Assembly: GCA_977020255.1 (NCBI GenBank)
Contig: CDROCS010004540.1
Coordinates: forward strand, 62,001-126,000
Length of the DNA stretch: 64,000 nucleotides
Direction: 5' to 3'
Source: Obrimoposthia wandeli
Taxonomy: Eukaryota
Part shown: in pieces, positions 62,069 through 64,000 of the stretch
Position numbering within the stretch: the stretch's first letter is position 1
How the letters are laid out: the number at the start of each line of letters is the position of its first letter
Notes under the pieces: generated by a model
The model's database searches: none
The model's input: the letters and a program-made list of their open reading frames with translations, nothing else
Told to the model about the DNA's origin: nothing
Translations under genes and position numbers: made by a program

Positions 62069-62231
62069 CACGATTCTATAACGAATAAATACTCGCCCAG
62101 TGAATCGCTAACTTGTAGTCTTTATGTTGACATAAAGACTACTTTGAGCGTAACTTTACATCGTATAGTTTGTAGATAATACTGCAAAACCTCAACGAAT
62201 AGACACAATAATAAAAAGCGGATATTGACCC

Positions 62232-64000
62232 ATGAATCAAACCAACCTGATATCAACTGGACAATTCGTAAGACGATTGCCAAACCTTTTATTATCTTTG
62301 CCCAGCTTAGTTAAAGGTATTCGCATGGCAACAAGTACCGACCTAACCAAATCGGTAGGCCTTGCTTTATGCTTTGAAGAAGCCGTGGAAAAATACCCCA
62401 ACGAACCAGCTGTTATTAGTGAAGGTCGATCGATTAGTTATAGCGAGATGGATCGCTGGGCCAACCGCCTTGCACACTTACTCATAAGTCGCGGAGTGAA
62501 AAAAGGTAACAGCGTTGCAATTCTTTTAGATAATCGCCCCGAGCTACTCGTCAGTGTGCTGGCCTGCGCAAAAATTGGGGCGGTAAGCGCCATGCTCAAT
62601 ACCGCACAAAAGGGAAAAATTTTAGCTCATAGTATTAATATCGTTGAACCTAAATGCATCATCGCTGGTGAAGAATGCCACAGCGCTTTTGATAAAATTC
62701 GTGACCAATGCCAACTGCAAGATCATTTATACTTTTATGACGGCGATACCCTTGAAGGTAACCAAGAACATAAGATAACTCCTGAGCACTGGGAAGACCT
62801 TGCCGAATTAGTACAAACACAACCGAGCAATAGCCCAGGCTTAAGCCAAAATATTAAGCCTGAAGATCCCTGCTTTTATATTTACACCTCAGGCACCACC
62901 GGATTACCAAAAGCCGTCATTTTTAATCACGGGCGCTTTATGAAGTTGATTGCCAACTTTGGTTTAGTCGCCGTACGTCTAAAAAGTACTGATCGCTTGT
63001 ATGTACCTCTGCCTTTTTATCACGCTACTGCGCTAGGTGTATGCTGGGCATCGGCGATTCCCAACGGCGCTGCTATTATTATGGCGCGAAAATTCAGCGC
63101 CTCTAATTTCTGGGATGATATTCGTAAATTCTCTGCCACCTCGTTTGGTTATGTCGGTGAAGTATGTCGATATTTATTAGATCAGCCAGAAAAAGCGAAT
63201 GATGGTGATCATAACGTCCGTATCATTGTCGGTAATGGTATTCGCCCTGCTATTTGGAAAACATTTAAACAACGCTTTAATATTCCAAAAGTCATGGAGT
63301 TCTACGCTTCCAGTGAAGGAAATATTGCGTTCAGCAATCTCTTTAATTTTGATGAAACAGTGGGCATAAGCCCACTCCCCTTTGCCATTGTTAAATACGA
63401 TCGTGAAAGTGAACAGCCCGTTCTCGATAAAAAAGGACGCATGATTAAAGTTAAAAAAGGAGAATCTGGTTTATTAATTGGTGAGATCACACCTAAAACT
63501 CCCTTTCATGGTTATACCGATCCAAAGAAAACCAAAGCTGTAATTTTTGAAGGTGTTTTTAAAAAAGAAGATCGCTGGTTTAATACTGGCGACATCATGC
63601 TTAACATGGGATTTCGTCACGCTCAGTTTGTCGATCGCACAGGGGATACTTTTCGTTGGAAAGGTGAGAACGTTTCGACCACAGAAGTTGAGTCGCTGCT
63701 AGAAGACGTGACCAATATAACCGAAGCCATTGTTTATGGTGTTGAGATTCCGAATACGAATGGGCGCGCAGGAATGGCGAGCCTAAAATTAAACGGATCA
63801 ATCGACGACTTTTGCTTTACCAATTTTGTTTCGCAAATTAAAGAAACCACACCGGAATATGCGATCCCCGTTTTCTTACGGATTAACCAAGACGTGACAG
63901 TAACAGGAACGTTTAAGCATATGAAAACGCCATTGAAAAATATGGGATTTGATTTAAATAAAGCCGATAGCCCTATCTATGTACGCCTACCGAAAGCAGA
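62232..64000 (+). CDS. Long-chain acyl-CoA synthetase, FATP/VLACS type (3'-truncated; absent from ORF track)
   Basis: Open frame from ATG 62232 to the window end. YIYTSGTTGLPKA AMP-binding motif, YVGEVCRYLL, EFYASSEG, WFNTGD, DRTGDTFRWKGENVST. Confidence 0.93.
   Translation, partial: MNQTNLISTGQFVRRLPNLLLSLPSLVKGIRMATSTDLTKSVGLALCFEEAVEKYPNEPAVISEGRSISYSEMDRWANRLAHLLISRGVKKGNSVAILLDNRPELLVSVLACAKIGAVSAMLNTAQKGKILAHSINIVEPKCIIAGEECHSAFDKIRDQCQLQDHLYFYDGDTLEGNQEHKITPEHWEDLAELVQTQPSNSPGLSQNIKPEDPCFYIYTSGTTGLPKAVIFNHGRFMKLIANFGLVAVRLKSTDRLYVPLPFYHATALGVCWASAIPNGAAIIMARKFSASNFWDDIRKFSATSFGYVGEVCRYLLDQPEKANDGDHNVRIIVGNGIRPAIWKTFKQRFNIPKVMEFYASSEGNIAFSNLFNFDETVGISPLPFAIVKYDRESEQPVLDKKGRMIKVKKGESGLLIGEITPKTPFHGYTDPKKTKAVIFEGVFKKEDRWFNTGDIMLNMGFRHAQFVDRTGDTFRWKGENVSTTEVESLLEDVTNITEAIVYGVEIPNTNGRAGMASLKLNGSIDDFCFTNFVSQIKETTPEYAIPVFLRINQDVTVTGTFKHMKTPLKNMGFDLNKADSPIYVRLPKA

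Overview
A 64-kb stretch of chromosome from an AT-rich marine-type gammaproteobacterium. The gene content is Oceanospirillales-like (for example Oleispira-like), which is my inference. Both window ends cut genes: a DUF1631/GGDEF/EAL protein at the left and a long-chain acyl-CoA synthetase at the right. The window carries housekeeping and metabolic genes (TatT-associated TRAP transporter, DTW protein, DEAD-box helicase, lipid A acyltransferase, DAHP synthase, puuE, fadH, ohrR/ohr, RsuA-family synthase, LysR/GST/pirin, cold-shock protein). It also has many signalling proteins and a 12-kb cluster of circularly permuted ATP-grasp, alpha-E, transglutaminase and metallopeptidase genes. A small accessory islet holds hipBA, a SUFU-domain gene and a NERD pseudogene, and there are several deletion-riddled pseudogenes. 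I found no rRNA, tRNA, CRISPR array, integrase or transposase. The best unannotated signal lies upstream of the DAHP synthase gene: a 53-codon leader peptide missed by the ORF track, with 9 aromatic residues (Tyr, Trp and Phe) in 14 codons. It is followed by mutually exclusive antiterminator and terminator hairpins, so it looks like a ribosome-dependent attenuator reading all three aromatic amino acids. Other leads are a 7TM-DISM membrane protein with an unnamed cytoplasmic output domain facing a secreted hydrolase, a binding-protein/diguanylate-cyclase pair, and a class III cyclase with an atypical specificity residue.
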